Shown: positions 7,749 through 17,176 of the stretch, piece by piece
How the letters are laid out: each line of letters starts with the position of its first letter
Numbering within the stretch: the first letter of the stretch is position 1
From: Thermoplasmatota archaeon
GTDB taxonomy: Archaea; Thermoplasmatota; Thermoplasmata; Thermoplasmatales; ARK-15
Direction of reading: 5' to 3'
Assembly (NCBI GenBank): GCA_031961525.1
Contig: JAVRLI010000001.1
Span: forward strand, 1 to 42,774
Length of the DNA: 42,774 nt
Made by a program: the position numbers and the translations under genes
The notes under the pieces: generated by a model
Seen by the model: only the letters and a program-made list of their open reading frames with translations
Databases searched by the model: none
Told to the model about the DNA's origin: nothing

Positions 7749-9191
7749 TCAATCCTTTTTATGCTTAATTTTAATGTTCATATCAAGGAGATCAAGGAAT
7801 TCCTCCTCCTTTCCCTTTGGTATTGAAGCACCTGCAGCAGCCTTATGTCCACCACCGTATCCCCCCACACCCAGTGCTGCGCTGGATATTATTTTTGATA
7901 GATCAAGACCCCTTTCAACAAGATCCCTTGGTGCCCTTCCCGATACCTTTATCATTCCATTCTCATTTTCTGCAAATCCAAAGATGGGAAGGTTTGGATC
8001 TGCCATCTGTGAAGAGAGGAAAATCGATGCTATTGTACCGAGAACAGTATCAGGTATGTGTGATCCGGCATGGAAATATTGGTAATTTTCCCTTTTCACA
8101 ATTCCAATATCCCTTATGTAATCTATGCCGGAAATAATTGTTTTTCTATGCTTTGTTAAAAGGTTCATGGCCTTTTTTAAATTTTCATCCCTGTCACCCA
8201 TGGCTATTTTTAAACCTATTTCAGCCTCACCATATCTTCCGCATGAATTTAAAAGTGTTGCAAATTCCTTTGCATCCCTTAAATATGGATCGCTCTCCTT
8301 TTTTAATAAATACACCTCACCTATTAATCTTGATGCTAATAAAGAACCATAACCAAACCTAAGGAGAATTTTTACAATTTCACTCAATATTTTCCTTTTT
8401 TCTTCCTTACTCAAATCAACCCATCTTCTCCATTTATCATTTTCCTTAAGTGGTATACCAAGACTTTCCAAAAATTTTATTGATGCAATTTCATCACCTG
8501 TTATTCCAGGTATGATTGGATCGGATGCATATTCAAGCATTTTGAAAACAGGCCTTGTTTCCCTGCCGAAAAGCCTGGTATCTATTAAAGTTTCAACAAG
8601 GTCATACTCCTCCGCCTCCTTAACAATATATCTGTTGGTTCCCGTGAGTTTCAAAAAGTTTGTATCCTGAAGATCACCAACAGCACCAACAATTGCCAGC
8701 GGACTTAAAACTACATTCTTCTGTGAAATTTCCCTTGCAACAAGGTATGTTAAACCTGCACCGCTTATATCGATGCCACCATCTTTGTTGAAAAAGTGAG
8801 GATTTAATTGCATTATCTGTGCATTGGAAATTTCCTGGAAAAGATCTATCAAATTTTTTCTTTTGGATTTTGGTATATTCAGTATGAGTTCACTTGGAGC
8901 ATGATGATCAGTAATAACAGCCCTGAGACCATGCATTTCATGAACCATTCCGCTGCCAAGATCCGTGAACCATACAAGGTCAGGGTTTTCATTTTTAAGT
9001 TTTTCAATATAGTTTGCATCAAGCTGTTTTAAAAATTCTATTTTATAATCTATTCCTGCAGATTGGAGTGAAAGTGATGCTATGGCACCTGATGTTATAC
9101 CATCCGCATCTATGTGTGTAACAATCCTGACATTTTTTTCCTTAATAATTGTTTCAGCAATTTTTTTTGCAGGTGATAAATATTCGCGCAC
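7749..9191 (-). CDS. DHH/DHHA1 phosphoesterase, archaeal RecJ/Cdc45-like (GAN-type) nuclease
   Basis: DHH motifs VTHIDADGITSG and ITDHH; C-terminal GGGHKAAAG (DHHA1). 480 aa. Confidence 0.8.
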   Translation of the reverse strand: MREYLSPAKKIAETIIKEKNVRIVTHIDADGITSGAIASLSLQSAGIDYKIEFLKQLDANYIEKLKNENPDLVWFTDLGSGMVHEMHGLRAVITDHHAPSELILNIPKSKRKNLIDLFQEISNAQIMQLNPHFFNKDGGIDISGAGLTYLVAREISQKNVVLSPLAIVGAVGDLQDTNFLKLTGTNRYIVKEAEEYDLVETLIDTRLFGRETRPVFKMLEYASDPIIPGITGDEIASIKFLESLGIPLKENDKWRRWVDLSKEEKRKILSEIVKILLRFGYGSLLASRLIGEVYLLKKESDPYLRDAKEFATLLNSCGRYGEAEIGLKIAMGDRDENLKKAMNLLTKHRKTIISGIDYIRDIGIVKRENYQYFHAGSHIPDTVLGTIASIFLSSQMADPNLPIFGFAENENGMIKVSGRAPRDLVERGLDLSKIISSAALGVGGYGGGHKAAAGASIPKGKEEEFLDLLDMNIKIKHKKD

Positions 9192-9269
9192 AATCCTAAA
9201 TACATGTTTCTATATTTCACATTTTTGTTTTCAAAAATAAAATTTTTTATAAGGATAAACATTTCAAAA

Positions 9270-10541
9270 ATGGTGGTAGATGAATCATTTGTTGGAATGG
9301 AAACATATCTCACAAAAGGTGAGGGTATTGGTGGAAAGTTAAAGAGGAATATTGAAGACTTTATTGTTGAGGAAATCCCTTTGAACATAGAAAGGAAAAG
9401 TGATGGAAAAAATCTGTTTTTAAAGGTAAAACTGAGAAACTGGGAAACAAACAGATTCGTTATTTATCTATCAAAAATTCTGAACGTTCCAAAAAATTCA
9501 ATATATTTTGCTGGAACAAAAGATAAAAGGGCCATAACAACACAGTATTTTTGCATAATGAACTATAAGAATGATTTAAAAATTGACATAAAGGATGTTG
9601 AGATCCTTGAAATTTTCAGATCAGATAAATGTATAGATCTTGGTGATCTTTTTGGGAATAGATTTGAAATAAAGGTAAGCGATACAAATGAAAAAAATGG
9701 TGAAAAAATTGAGGAAATACTCAATGAATTGAAAAAACATGGTGGATTTCCAAACTTCTTCGGAATACAACGCTTTGGTTCATCCAGACCCATAACGCAC
9801 ATTGTTGGAAAATATATTGTTCAGAGGAAGTTCGATGAAGCGGTTAAAGCCTACATAGGTTTGAGTTTTGATTTTGATCAGAATATAAAGGCAAGAAAAT
9901 ATTTCTATGAAACAATGGATCCGGATGGAACGATTGATCTTATTGAATCTCCAATGGATTATGAAATAATGATGTTAAGGTATTTGCAGAAAAAGCCCGA
10001 AGATTATATAGGTGCAATTAACGTTCTACCAAGAACTTTGAAAATGATGTTTGTTCATGGTTACCAGGGTTATATTTTCAACAAAATTTTGAGCAGAAGA
10101 ATAATTGATGGATATTTTTCAATCCTTTTACCTGGGGATATTGTTTTACCCGTTGATAGATACGGTTTATCCATCAATGATAGATATATCATTGTAAATG
10201 AAAAAAATATGGATACAATAGAAAAAAGAATAAAAGAAGGAAAGGCTTACATTTCCGGTATTTTGTTTGGATCCGATTCCAAATTTTCTGAAGGATACAT
10301 GGGGGAGATTGAAAGGAAAATTGTTGAGGAGGAAAAAATTGAAGGGAAAATGTTCGATATCAGGGAAATAAAGGGAATAGGGAGCAAGGGTAGCAGAAGG
10401 GCAATTTCTTCACCCTTTTTTGATTTTTCCTATTCTCTTCATGGAAATTATGTTAAATTCAATTTTCTCCTTTTTAAAGGCACATATGCCACATCACTTC
10501 TAAGGGAGTTCATGAAACAGAAAGAAATTTATTATTATTAA
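9270..10541 (+). CDS. truD: tRNA pseudouridine synthase D (TruD/Pus7 family)
   Basis: EDFIVEEI, AGTKDKRAITTQ (catalytic Asp block) and PNFFGIQRFG. The ORF extends to 9204, but ATG at 9270 (MVVDESFVGMETYL) fits better and leaves room for the divergent promoters. Confidence 0.85.
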   Translation: MVVDESFVGMETYLTKGEGIGGKLKRNIEDFIVEEIPLNIERKSDGKNLFLKVKLRNWETNRFVIYLSKILNVPKNSIYFAGTKDKRAITTQYFCIMNYKNDLKIDIKDVEILEIFRSDKCIDLGDLFGNRFEIKVSDTNEKNGEKIEEILNELKKHGGFPNFFGIQRFGSSRPITHIVGKYIVQRKFDEAVKAYIGLSFDFDQNIKARKYFYETMDPDGTIDLIESPMDYEIMMLRYLQKKPEDYIGAINVLPRTLKMMFVHGYQGYIFNKILSRRIIDGYFSILLPGDIVLPVDRYGLSINDRYIIVNEKNMDTIEKRIKEGKAYISGILFGSDSKFSEGYMGEIERKIVEEEKIEGKMFDIREIKGIGSKGSRRAISSPFFDFSYSLHGNYVKFNFLLFKGTYATSLLREFMKQKEIYYY

Positions 10542-10936
10542 AATGTTAATGGAATGTACCCATCCTTCAAAAGATCAGTTACAATTTTCCCAATAAATGT
10601 AACATTTATTCCAAAGTCAATGAGTTTTGGTTTTATTGAAAATTTATCGCTCACATTTTTGCAGGCAAAAATTTCAATCCCGGTGTTTTTCAAATCCTTA
10701 AAAAGATTTAATATTTCAGCATTATGGATGCAAGGAGCTTTTCACGGGGTCCAAAGAATATTACCTTAACATCATCCAAGTAGGACTTTTTCTTTTATGT
10801 GCATTGAAATACTCATTGCGGATCTGAATTTATCAATTTCATTTTCTCCGGCGGTTATTATAAAAAGAGGTTTGTTTGCTATAAAGCCTTGAACATGAAA
10901 GGAAAATAAAAATCTTTCATTTTGATTTTTAAACAA
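10538..10936 (-). pseudogene. Frameshifted relic of a DsrE-like (COG1416-type) small protein
   Basis: Three consecutive minus-strand reading pieces: ...IANKPLFIITAGENEIDKFRSAMSISMHIKEKVLLG (then TGA 10772-10774), DDVKVIFFGPREKLLAS... (shifted frame, TAA 10708-10710), and ...NAEILNLFKDLKNTGIEIFACKNVSDKFSIKPKLIDFGINVTFIGKIVTDLLKDGYIPLTF (TAA 10538-10540). The first and last pieces share a frame. There is no ATG at the expected N-terminus. Confidence 0.45.
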
Positions 10937-10969
10937 AAGGAATAAATATTATGTTTCGCATAGTAAATC

Positions 10970-11494
10970 ATGGAATTTGATCTTGAGGGAATGGATTTTG
11001 AGGACATAATAGCAAATGCTGTTCTTTCTGAAGAGGATTCAAGTGAATTCTATTCTGAAATTGCAAAAAGATTGCCCGATGGAATTACTAAGAATAAGTT
11101 CATTTTCCTTTCAGAACAGGAGAAATCACATAAAAAAATTGTTGAATCAATATATTTTGAAATTTTCGAAAGGAGGGAGATTAAAAAACCAAGGAAAAGG
11201 ATAGAGATTGAATGTTCAAAAAGTATGGTGAAAAAATTGAATGATGTATCCACTTTGATAGAGGTAATTGAATTAGCAATGGGCTGTGAAAGGAGGGCAG
11301 AATTATTGTATAGATTTCTCAGAAAAAAATCAAAGGAAGGATACGTGAAGAACACATTCAGATATCTGGAACAGATGGAACATGGGCATTACGTTACGCT
11401 CAAAACAGAATACGCATACCTTAATGGTGTTAAAAAGGATCCTGAAAAATATGCGGAGACAAATTCTCTCTTAGGCATACTTTTTAAATTCTAA
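10970..11494 (+). CDS. Ferritin-like / rubrerythrin-type four-helix-bundle protein
   Basis: Two ExxH motifs (LSEQEKSH, LEQMEHGH), each preceded by a helix carrying a Glu (SEFYSEIAK, GCERRAELLY). This is a diiron-site pattern. Confidence 0.6.
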   Translation: MEFDLEGMDFEDIIANAVLSEEDSSEFYSEIAKRLPDGITKNKFIFLSEQEKSHKKIVESIYFEIFERREIKKPRKRIEIECSKSMVKKLNDVSTLIEVIELAMGCERRAELLYRFLRKKSKEGYVKNTFRYLEQMEHGHYVTLKTEYAYLNGVKKDPEKYAETNSLLGILFKF

Positions 11495-11532
11495 AAAAGT
11501 AATTTTTATATATCATCAGGTATTGCCTAATT

Positions 11533-11793
11533 TTGAGTAAAATGAAAACCTATCTGAAAATAACATTTTATAGCGAGGGAAGCAAGCCTTCTGAGATAGT
11601 TAGTGCCCTTGAGGGTCTTGGTTTCAAGCCAATAACCGGCTGGTACGATTTCGTTTATGACTGGGGAAACAATGCAACTGTTGAGGATGCAATCTGGTTT
11701 GCAGACAAGATTCATGAAACACTAAGGGGCATGTACGTTCATTTTCAGTTAGAAACGGTGGGTGAAGAAGTGGAAAAGAAAAGTGAAGATTAA
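11533..11793 (+). CDS. Small hypothetical protein (83-86 aa)
   Basis: ORF with TTG at 11533 or ATG at 11542 (MKTYLKITFYSEGSKPSEIVSALEGLGFKPITGWYDFVYDW...). Globular-looking sequence, no recognised family. Confidence 0.5.
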   Translation: MSKMKTYLKITFYSEGSKPSEIVSALEGLGFKPITGWYDFVYDWGNNATVEDAIWFADKIHETLRGMYVHFQLETVGEEVEKKSED

Positions 11794-11809
11794 ATTTTTT
11801 AACATAGAG

Positions 11810-11817
11810 TATATATA
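11810..11817 (+). promoter_or_regulatory. TATA box (tatatata) of the S12-S7-EF-2 transcription unit; GGTGAT Shine-Dalgarno at 11857-11862
   Basis: Read directly, about 51 nt upstream of the S12 TTG start. GGTGAT is complementary to the archaeal 16S 3' end. Confidence 0.5.
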
Positions 11818-11867
11818 CCTGTTGTTAATTAAAGTTCTAATCCAAATTAGGGAAATGGTGATGTAAA

Positions 11868-12296
11868 TTGGCGAATGGATTATATACTGCTAAAAAACTA
11901 AAAAAGGAACGACAGAAGCTCAGATGGAGCGATAGGTACTACAAGAAGAGGGTACTGAAGCTGAAGGAAAAGAGCGATCCATTAGAGGGAGCTCCGCAGG
12001 CAAGGGGAATCGTTCTTGAAAAAATAGGTATTGAGGCAAAGCAACCAAACTCCGCAATAAGAAAGGCTGTAAAGGTACAGCTTGTGAAAAATGGTAAGGT
12101 TGTTACAGCCTTTGCACCCGGAGACGGTGCGATAAACTTCATAGATGAACATGATGAGGTAATAATCGAGGGCATTGGTGGAAGACTTGGCAGATCAAAG
12201 GGTGATATTCCAGGTGTGAGGTACAAGGTGACAAAGGTAAATGGAATTTCGTTAAAAGAACTTGTTAAGGGAAGAAAGGAGAAGCCTGTAAGGTGA
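11868..12296 (+). CDS. rps12: 30S ribosomal protein S12 (uS12), TTG start
   Basis: ...[62 protein letters not shown]... An in-frame TGA at 11859-11861 forces TTG 11868 as the start. Confidence 0.95.
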   Translation: MANGLYTAKKLKKERQKLRWSDRYYKKRVLKLKEKSDPLEGAPQARGIVLEKIGIEAKQPNSAIRKAVKVQLVKNGKVVTAFAPGDGAINFIDEHDEVIIEGIGGRLGRSKGDIPGVRYKVTKVNGISLKELVKGRKEKPVR

Positions 12297-12301
12297 TTTT
12301 T

Positions 12302-12868
12302 ATGGATAAAATACTCGTTTTCGGTAAATATGATCCCGATGAGGTTGTTGTGAAGGATCCCAGTCTTGTTAAGTATTTGAATCTAAAGCCAAGGATTGTT
12401 TTTCACACGCATGGAGTTCATGGAAGAAGGCACCTTGGTAAAAAGGATATGAACATTGTTGAAAGATTAATCAACAATATGATGAGAACTGAAAAATACA
12501 CAGGAAAAAAGCTAAGCGCCTACAGGGTTGTTTCAAAGGCCTTTGATATAATATATGAGAGAACTAAGAAGAATCCACTTCAGGTTTTTGTCAATGCACT
12601 TGAAAATGCTGCACCAAGGGAAGAGGTAACAAGGTTGAAAATGGGAGGTGTGGCAGTACCAAAGGCTGTAGATGTTTCAGCATCAAGAAGACTTGATGTT
12701 GCCCTGAGAAACATTGCACTTGGAGCCACACAGTGTTCATTCAGGAATCCAAAACCTGTTTATGAATGTCTTGCTGAAGAAATAATAAAGGCAGCAAACT
12801 ACGATCTATCAAGTTTTGCAATTTCAAAGAAGGAAGAAGTTGAAAGAATTGCAGCATCCGCAAGGTGA
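12302..12868 (+). CDS. rps7: 30S ribosomal protein S7 (uS7)
   Basis: Typical archaeal S7 sequence (IVERLINNMMRTEKYTGKK...NAAPREEVTRLKMGGVAV...). ATG at 12302; a GTG at 12293 overlaps the S12 stop. Confidence 0.95.
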   Translation: MDKILVFGKYDPDEVVVKDPSLVKYLNLKPRIVFHTHGVHGRRHLGKKDMNIVERLINNMMRTEKYTGKKLSAYRVVSKAFDIIYERTKKNPLQVFVNALENAAPREEVTRLKMGGVAVPKAVDVSASRRLDVALRNIALGATQCSFRNPKPVYECLAEEIIKAANYDLSSFAISKKEEVERIAASAR

Positions 12869-12874
12869 TGAAAG

Positions 12875-15079
12875 TTGGGAAGGAAAGAGGAGAATATTAA
12901 AAAGGCAACAAAGATCATGGAGGATATAACAAAGATAAGAAACATTGGTACAATAGCGCACATTGATCATGGTAAAACAACGCTCAGCGATAACCTTATT
13001 GCAGGAGCTGGAATGATGAGTGAAGAACTTGCTGGAAAACAGCTTGTTCTTGACTATGATGAACAGGAACAGGCAAGGGGTATAACAATAAACGCAGCTG
13101 CAGCATCCATGGTTCATGAGGTGGATGGTGTTGAATATTTAATAAACCTCATTGACACACCCGGTCATGTTGATTTCGGCGGTGATGTTACAAGGGCATT
13201 GAGGGCACTTGATGGTGCGATCCTTGTTGTTGACAGTGTAGAGGGTGTTATGCCACAGACAGAAACGGTCCTAAGGCAGGCAATGAAAGAAAAGGTAAAG
13301 CCCGTTTTATTCATAAATAAGGTTGATAGGTTGATAAACGAGCTTAAACTATCAGCGGATGAAATGCAGAAAAGGTTTGGGAAAATAATAACGGATGTAA
13401 ACAAATTAATAAAACTTTATGCTCCACCTGAATTCAAGGATGCATGGACAGTTAAGGTAGAAAAGGGAACAGTTGCGTTCGGTTCAGCTTACAATAAGTG
13501 GGCTCTCAGCATTTCATCCATGCAGAAGTTTGGAATAACATTCAAGGATGTTTATGATTACCTTCAGAAGGGTGATCAGGCAACACTTGCAAAGAAGAGT
13601 CCTTTACATAAGGTTGTTCTTGATATGATAGTTCATCATATACCAAATCCATCCGAGGCTCAAAAATACAGGATACCACAGATATGGAAAGGTGATCTGA
13701 ATTCCGATGTGGGAAAGGCAATGCTAAACGCAGATCCAAAGGGTCCAACAGTTTTAATGGTAACAAAGATAATTGTTGATCAGCATGCTGGAGAAATAGC
13801 GGTGGGAAGATTATATTCCGGAACAATAAGGAAGGGTGATGAATTATACATATCCGACATGGGTGATAGAACATACAGGGTTCAGCAGCTTGCAATGATG
13901 GTTGGACCGGATAGAATCCCTGTTGATGAAATAAAGGCTGGAAATATTGTTGCTGTTGTTGGTTTAAAGGATGCAATTGCAGGTTCAACGGTATCATCGC
14001 TGAAAAATATGGAACCATTCGAACCGATGAAACACTATTCAGATCCTGTTGTTACAATGGCAATTGAGGCAAAGCATACAAAGGATCTTCCAAAGTTGAT
14101 TGATGTTTTGAGACTTATAGCCAAGGCAGATCCATCGATTCAGGTGGAAATCAACCAGGAGACTGGAGAACATTTGATATCGGGCATGGGAGAACTTCAT
14201 CTTGAAGTAACAATTTACAGAATAGTTAATGATTACAAGGTTGAGATAGAAACATCAGAACCAATTGTTGTATACAGGGAAACAGTAGACCATAAGGGAG
14301 GTCCATTCGAGGGTAAATCACCGAACAAACACAACAGATTTTACATAGTTGTTGAGCCACTTGAAGAAAAGGTTGTTCAGGGAATACTTTCGGGTGATGT
14401 ACAGCAGGGTGATAGATTCAAGGATAAGAAAACATTGTCCAAAAAACTTGAGGAACTTGGAATGGATCATGAGGAGGCGAAAAGGGTGGAGGCGATCAAA
14501 GGACCAAACATGCTCCTTGATATGACCTGGGGTATTCAGTACCTCAACGAAACCATGGAACTTGTTAAGCAGGCATTTCTTGAAGCTGTTGACAAGGGGC
14601 CTCTTGCAAACGAAAAACTTTATGGCGTTAAGGTGAAGCTTGTTGATGCAAAATTGCATGAGGATAGCATACACAGGGGTCCAGCACAGGTAATACCTGC
14701 TGTAAGGAACGCAATATACGGTGCAATATGTCAGGGAGAAAGGATACTTCTTGAACCAATTCAGAACGTTTTCATAAGCGTACCAACTGAGGAGGTTGGT
14801 AATGTAACAAGAGAACTGCAGCAGAGAAGAGGAGTTATTCTTAGTATAGAGCAGGAGGAATATCAGACAACTGTTAAAGCGAAAGCACCAGTTGCAGAAC
14901 TGTTTGGATTTGCATCAGCAATAAGGTCTGCAACCAGCGGCAGGGTTCTATGGTCAACTGAAAACGCAGGGTATGAGAGGGTACCAAGGGAACTGCAGGA
15001 TGATGTTGTAAGGAAAATTAGAGAAAGGAAAGGACTCAAACCAGAACCATATGATGAATCATATTATGCAAGTCTTTGA
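12875..15079 (+). CDS. fusA: Translation elongation factor 2 (aEF-2), TTG start
   Basis: G-domain [21 protein letters not shown]; diphthamide-loop HRGPAQ. The N-terminus [10 protein letters not shown] matches canonical aEF-2 N-termini. An in-frame TGA at 12869-12871 leaves TTG 12875 as the first start. Confidence 0.95.
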   Translation: MGRKEENIKKATKIMEDITKIRNIGTIAHIDHGKTTLSDNLIAGAGMMSEELAGKQLVLDYDEQEQARGITINAAAASMVHEVDGVEYLINLIDTPGHVDFGGDVTRALRALDGAILVVDSVEGVMPQTETVLRQAMKEKVKPVLFINKVDRLINELKLSADEMQKRFGKIITDVNKLIKLYAPPEFKDAWTVKVEKGTVAFGSAYNKWALSISSMQKFGITFKDVYDYLQKGDQATLAKKSPLHKVVLDMIVHHIPNPSEAQKYRIPQIWKGDLNSDVGKAMLNADPKGPTVLMVTKIIVDQHAGEIAVGRLYSGTIRKGDELYISDMGDRTYRVQQLAMMVGPDRIPVDEIKAGNIVAVVGLKDAIAGSTVSSLKNMEPFEPMKHYSDPVVTMAIEAKHTKDLPKLIDVLRLIAKADPSIQVEINQETGEHLISGMGELHLEVTIYRIVNDYKVEIETSEPIVVYRETVDHKGGPFEGKSPNKHNRFYIVVEPLEEKVVQGILSGDVQQGDRFKDKKTLSKKLEELGMDHEEAKRVEAIKGPNMLLDMTWGIQYLNETMELVKQAFLEAVDKGPLANEKLYGVKVKLVDAKLHEDSIHRGPAQVIPAVRNAIYGAICQGERILLEPIQNVFISVPTEEVGNVTRELQQRRGVILSIEQEEYQTTVKAKAPVAELFGFASAIRSATSGRVLWSTENAGYERVPRELQDDVVRKIRERKGLKPEPYDESYYASL

Positions 15080-15084
15080 AAAGG

Positions 15085-15092
15085 TATATATA
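15085..15092 (+). promoter_or_regulatory. TATA-like element (tatatata) between EF-2 and EF-1alpha; GGAGGT Shine-Dalgarno at 15135-15140
   Basis: Read directly in the 67-nt spacer. GGAGGT lies 6 nt before ATG 15147. Confidence 0.45.
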
Positions 15093-15146
15093 TGTGCACA
15101 GTATATGGATTTTGAAACAATTTAATATTGGTTTGGAGGTAAAAAT

Positions 15147-16418
15147 ATGGTAAACAAACCCCATTTGAATGTGGTATTCATCGGTCATGTTGACCACGGT
15201 AAATCGACAACTGTGGGTAGATTGCTACTTGACAGTGGAGCCATTGATTCAAGAATAATTGAACAGTACAGGAAAGAGGCAGCAGAGAAGGGAAAGGCAA
15301 CATTCGAATTTGCATGGGTAATGGACAGGCTTAAGGAAGAGAGGGAAAGAGGTCTTACAATAGATATTGCCCATAAGGAGTTTGAATCAAACAAGTATTA
15401 TATTACGATCATTGATGCACCTGGTCACAGGGACTTTGTTAAAAACATGATAACGGGGACATCACAAGCTGATGCGGCAATATTGATTGTATCTGCAAAG
15501 GAAGGTGTTCAGGAACAGACAAGGGAGCATATTTACCTTGCAAGGGCACTGGGTGTTCCACAGATGATTGTGGCAATAAACAAGATGGATGCAACAAACC
15601 CACCATACAGCCAGGATGCATTCAATCAGGTAAAGGCTGAAGTGGAGAAGCTTCTGAAGGTTGTTGGATATAAGGATATTCTTTTTGTTCCAATAAGCGG
15701 TTTTTATGGAGACAATGTTGTGAAACGCAGTGATAAAATGAAGTGGTGGACAGGTCCGACATTGCTGGAGGCATTCGATACGCTTAAACTGCCTGAAAAA
15801 CCGATTGACAAACCATTGAGGATACCTGTTCAGGATGTATATTCAATAACAGGTATTGGAACTGTACCTGTTGGAAGGGTTGAAACAGGTGTTCTTAACG
15901 TAAACGACACTGTTATATTTATGCCAGCAAACAAGAAGGGCGAAGTGAAAAGCATAGAGATGCACCATCAGCCACTGCCAAGGGCTGAGCCAGGTGATAA
16001 CATTGGATTCAACGTAAGAGGAATATCCAAGAACGATATTAGGAGGGGTGACGTTTGCGGTAAGGTTGATAATCCGCCAACGGTTGTCCAGGAATTCACA
16101 GCCCAGATTGTTGTACTTAACCATCCATCTGTTATAAGTCCAGGTTATACCCCTGTTTTCCATGCACATACTGCACAGGTTGCATGCACAATCAGTGAAA
16201 TAATAAAAACACTGGATCCAAGGACAGGTGCAACAAAGGCTGAGAAACCAGATTTCATCAAGACAGGTGATGTTGCTATAGTTAAAGTAACACCAACAAG
16301 ACCAATGGTTATTGAAAAATCATCGGAGATTCCACAGCTTGGCAGATTCGCTGTAAGGGATATGGGAATGACAATTGCAGCGGGTCTGTGCCTTGATGTG
16401 GTAAAGAAAGAGATGTGA
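15147..16418 (+). CDS. tuf: Translation elongation factor 1-alpha (aEF-1A/EF-Tu)
   Basis: [21 protein letters not shown]. Confidence 0.95.
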   Translation: MVNKPHLNVVFIGHVDHGKSTTVGRLLLDSGAIDSRIIEQYRKEAAEKGKATFEFAWVMDRLKEERERGLTIDIAHKEFESNKYYITIIDAPGHRDFVKNMITGTSQADAAILIVSAKEGVQEQTREHIYLARALGVPQMIVAINKMDATNPPYSQDAFNQVKAEVEKLLKVVGYKDILFVPISGFYGDNVVKRSDKMKWWTGPTLLEAFDTLKLPEKPIDKPLRIPVQDVYSITGIGTVPVGRVETGVLNVNDTVIFMPANKKGEVKSIEMHHQPLPRAEPGDNIGFNVRGISKNDIRRGDVCGKVDNPPTVVQEFTAQIVVLNHPSVISPGYTPVFHAHTAQVACTISEIIKTLDPRTGATKAEKPDFIKTGDVAIVKVTPTRPMVIEKSSEIPQLGRFAVRDMGMTIAAGLCLDVVKKEM

Positions 16419-16430
16419 ATGGTGGGTTAG

Positions 16431-16742
16431 ATGGTATACAGGGCAAGGATATTACTCTCCGGGAACGATTACAAAAAGGTCGAGGAGGTATGCAACGAAA
16501 TAAAGAGTATTGCGCAGAGGACAGGTGTTGAACTTCACGGTCCTGTACCATTACCAACAAAGAGGTTGATCGTTCCCGTGAGGAAGACGCCCTGTGGTGA
16601 TGGATCCGCAACATGGGATAAATGGGAAATGCGTGTTCACAAAAGGCTCATTGACATTGAGGCTGATGAAAGGGCACTCAGGCAGCTAATGAGGATCCAG
16701 ATACCAGATGGAATACACATTGAAATAGAACTAAAATCCTAA
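16431..16742 (+). CDS. rps10: 30S ribosomal protein S10 (uS10)
   Basis: [17 protein letters not shown]...[10 protein letters not shown]...HKRLIDI is the S10 pattern. Canonical position after tuf. Confidence 0.95.
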   Translation: MVYRARILLSGNDYKKVEEVCNEIKSIAQRTGVELHGPVPLPTKRLIVPVRKTPCGDGSATWDKWEMRVHKRLIDIEADERALRQLMRIQIPDGIHIEIELKS

Positions 16743-16755
16743 TTTTTTATTTTTT
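16743..16755 (+). terminator. Oligo-T terminator (ttttttatttttt) directly after the S10 stop
   Basis: Read directly. It marks the end of the str-type gene block. Confidence 0.55.
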
Positions 16756-16819
16756 ACTACAAAACTGTTAAATAGGTATTTTCTTTTAATTATTTCCAGA
16801 AAAAATTGGAAGTTATATC

Positions 16820-17176
16820 ATGAGACAGGAGAAAAAACTGGCTGGGTTGATGAAATTGCTTGGCTTCAAAAAATCGCATATAAGTGTGTTAATTGCAATA
16901 ATGTCACTTCCTGATACTTTTACAGTTTCAAATGTTATGGAATTGACAAATTACAGCAGATCATCTGTATCACAGATACTCAATGAACTATACAGGAGAA
17001 AGGTGCTTGAAAGGTGGAGGATTGGAAGGAAATATTTTTATTCCCTGAGGGAAGGTTTCCTTTTTCAAAGTTATATGAATTTTGTGAACAGACTCGAAAA
17101 TGAAATTAAGAGTATAAATTTGAATAATTTTTTACCAAAAAGAATTGAAAAATTAATAGGTGAAAGGTATGGTTGA
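16820..17176 (+). CDS. Small winged-helix transcriptional regulator (TrmB/ArsR-like)
   Basis: ...FTVSNVMELTNYSRSSVSQILNELYRRKVLERWRIGRKYFYSL is an HTH plus wing pattern. Its stop overlaps the start of the next gene (ATGGTTGA). Confidence 0.6.
   Translation: MRQEKKLAGLMKLLGFKKSHISVLIAIMSLPDTFTVSNVMELTNYSRSSVSQILNELYRRKVLERWRIGRKYFYSLREGFLFQSYMNFVNRLENEIKSINLNNFLPKRIEKLIGERYG

Noticed and set aside
10554-10769. 71-aa plus-strand ORF in the truD/ferritin-like gap
   Set aside because: It is antisense to the DsrE-like relic, whose translation gives far more protein-like sequence. It has no motif and no promoter-like element.
13542-14018. 158-aa Gln/Pro-rich minus-strand ORF
   Set aside because: It lies entirely inside the EF-2 coding sequence on the opposite strand. 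The low-complexity composition is typical of antisense reading of a conserved gene. The same logic applies to the other antisense ORFs inside rpoB, rpoA1, rpoA2, elp3, gcvPB, the recJ-like gene and the APC permease.
12875-15079. Possible intein or large insertion in EF-2 (and in rpoA1 and gcvP)
   Set aside because: Lengths are canonical. The conserved blocks are contiguous, with no Cys/Ser...HN splice-junction pattern. Only rpoB and rpoA2 show real extra segments, and those are reported separately.
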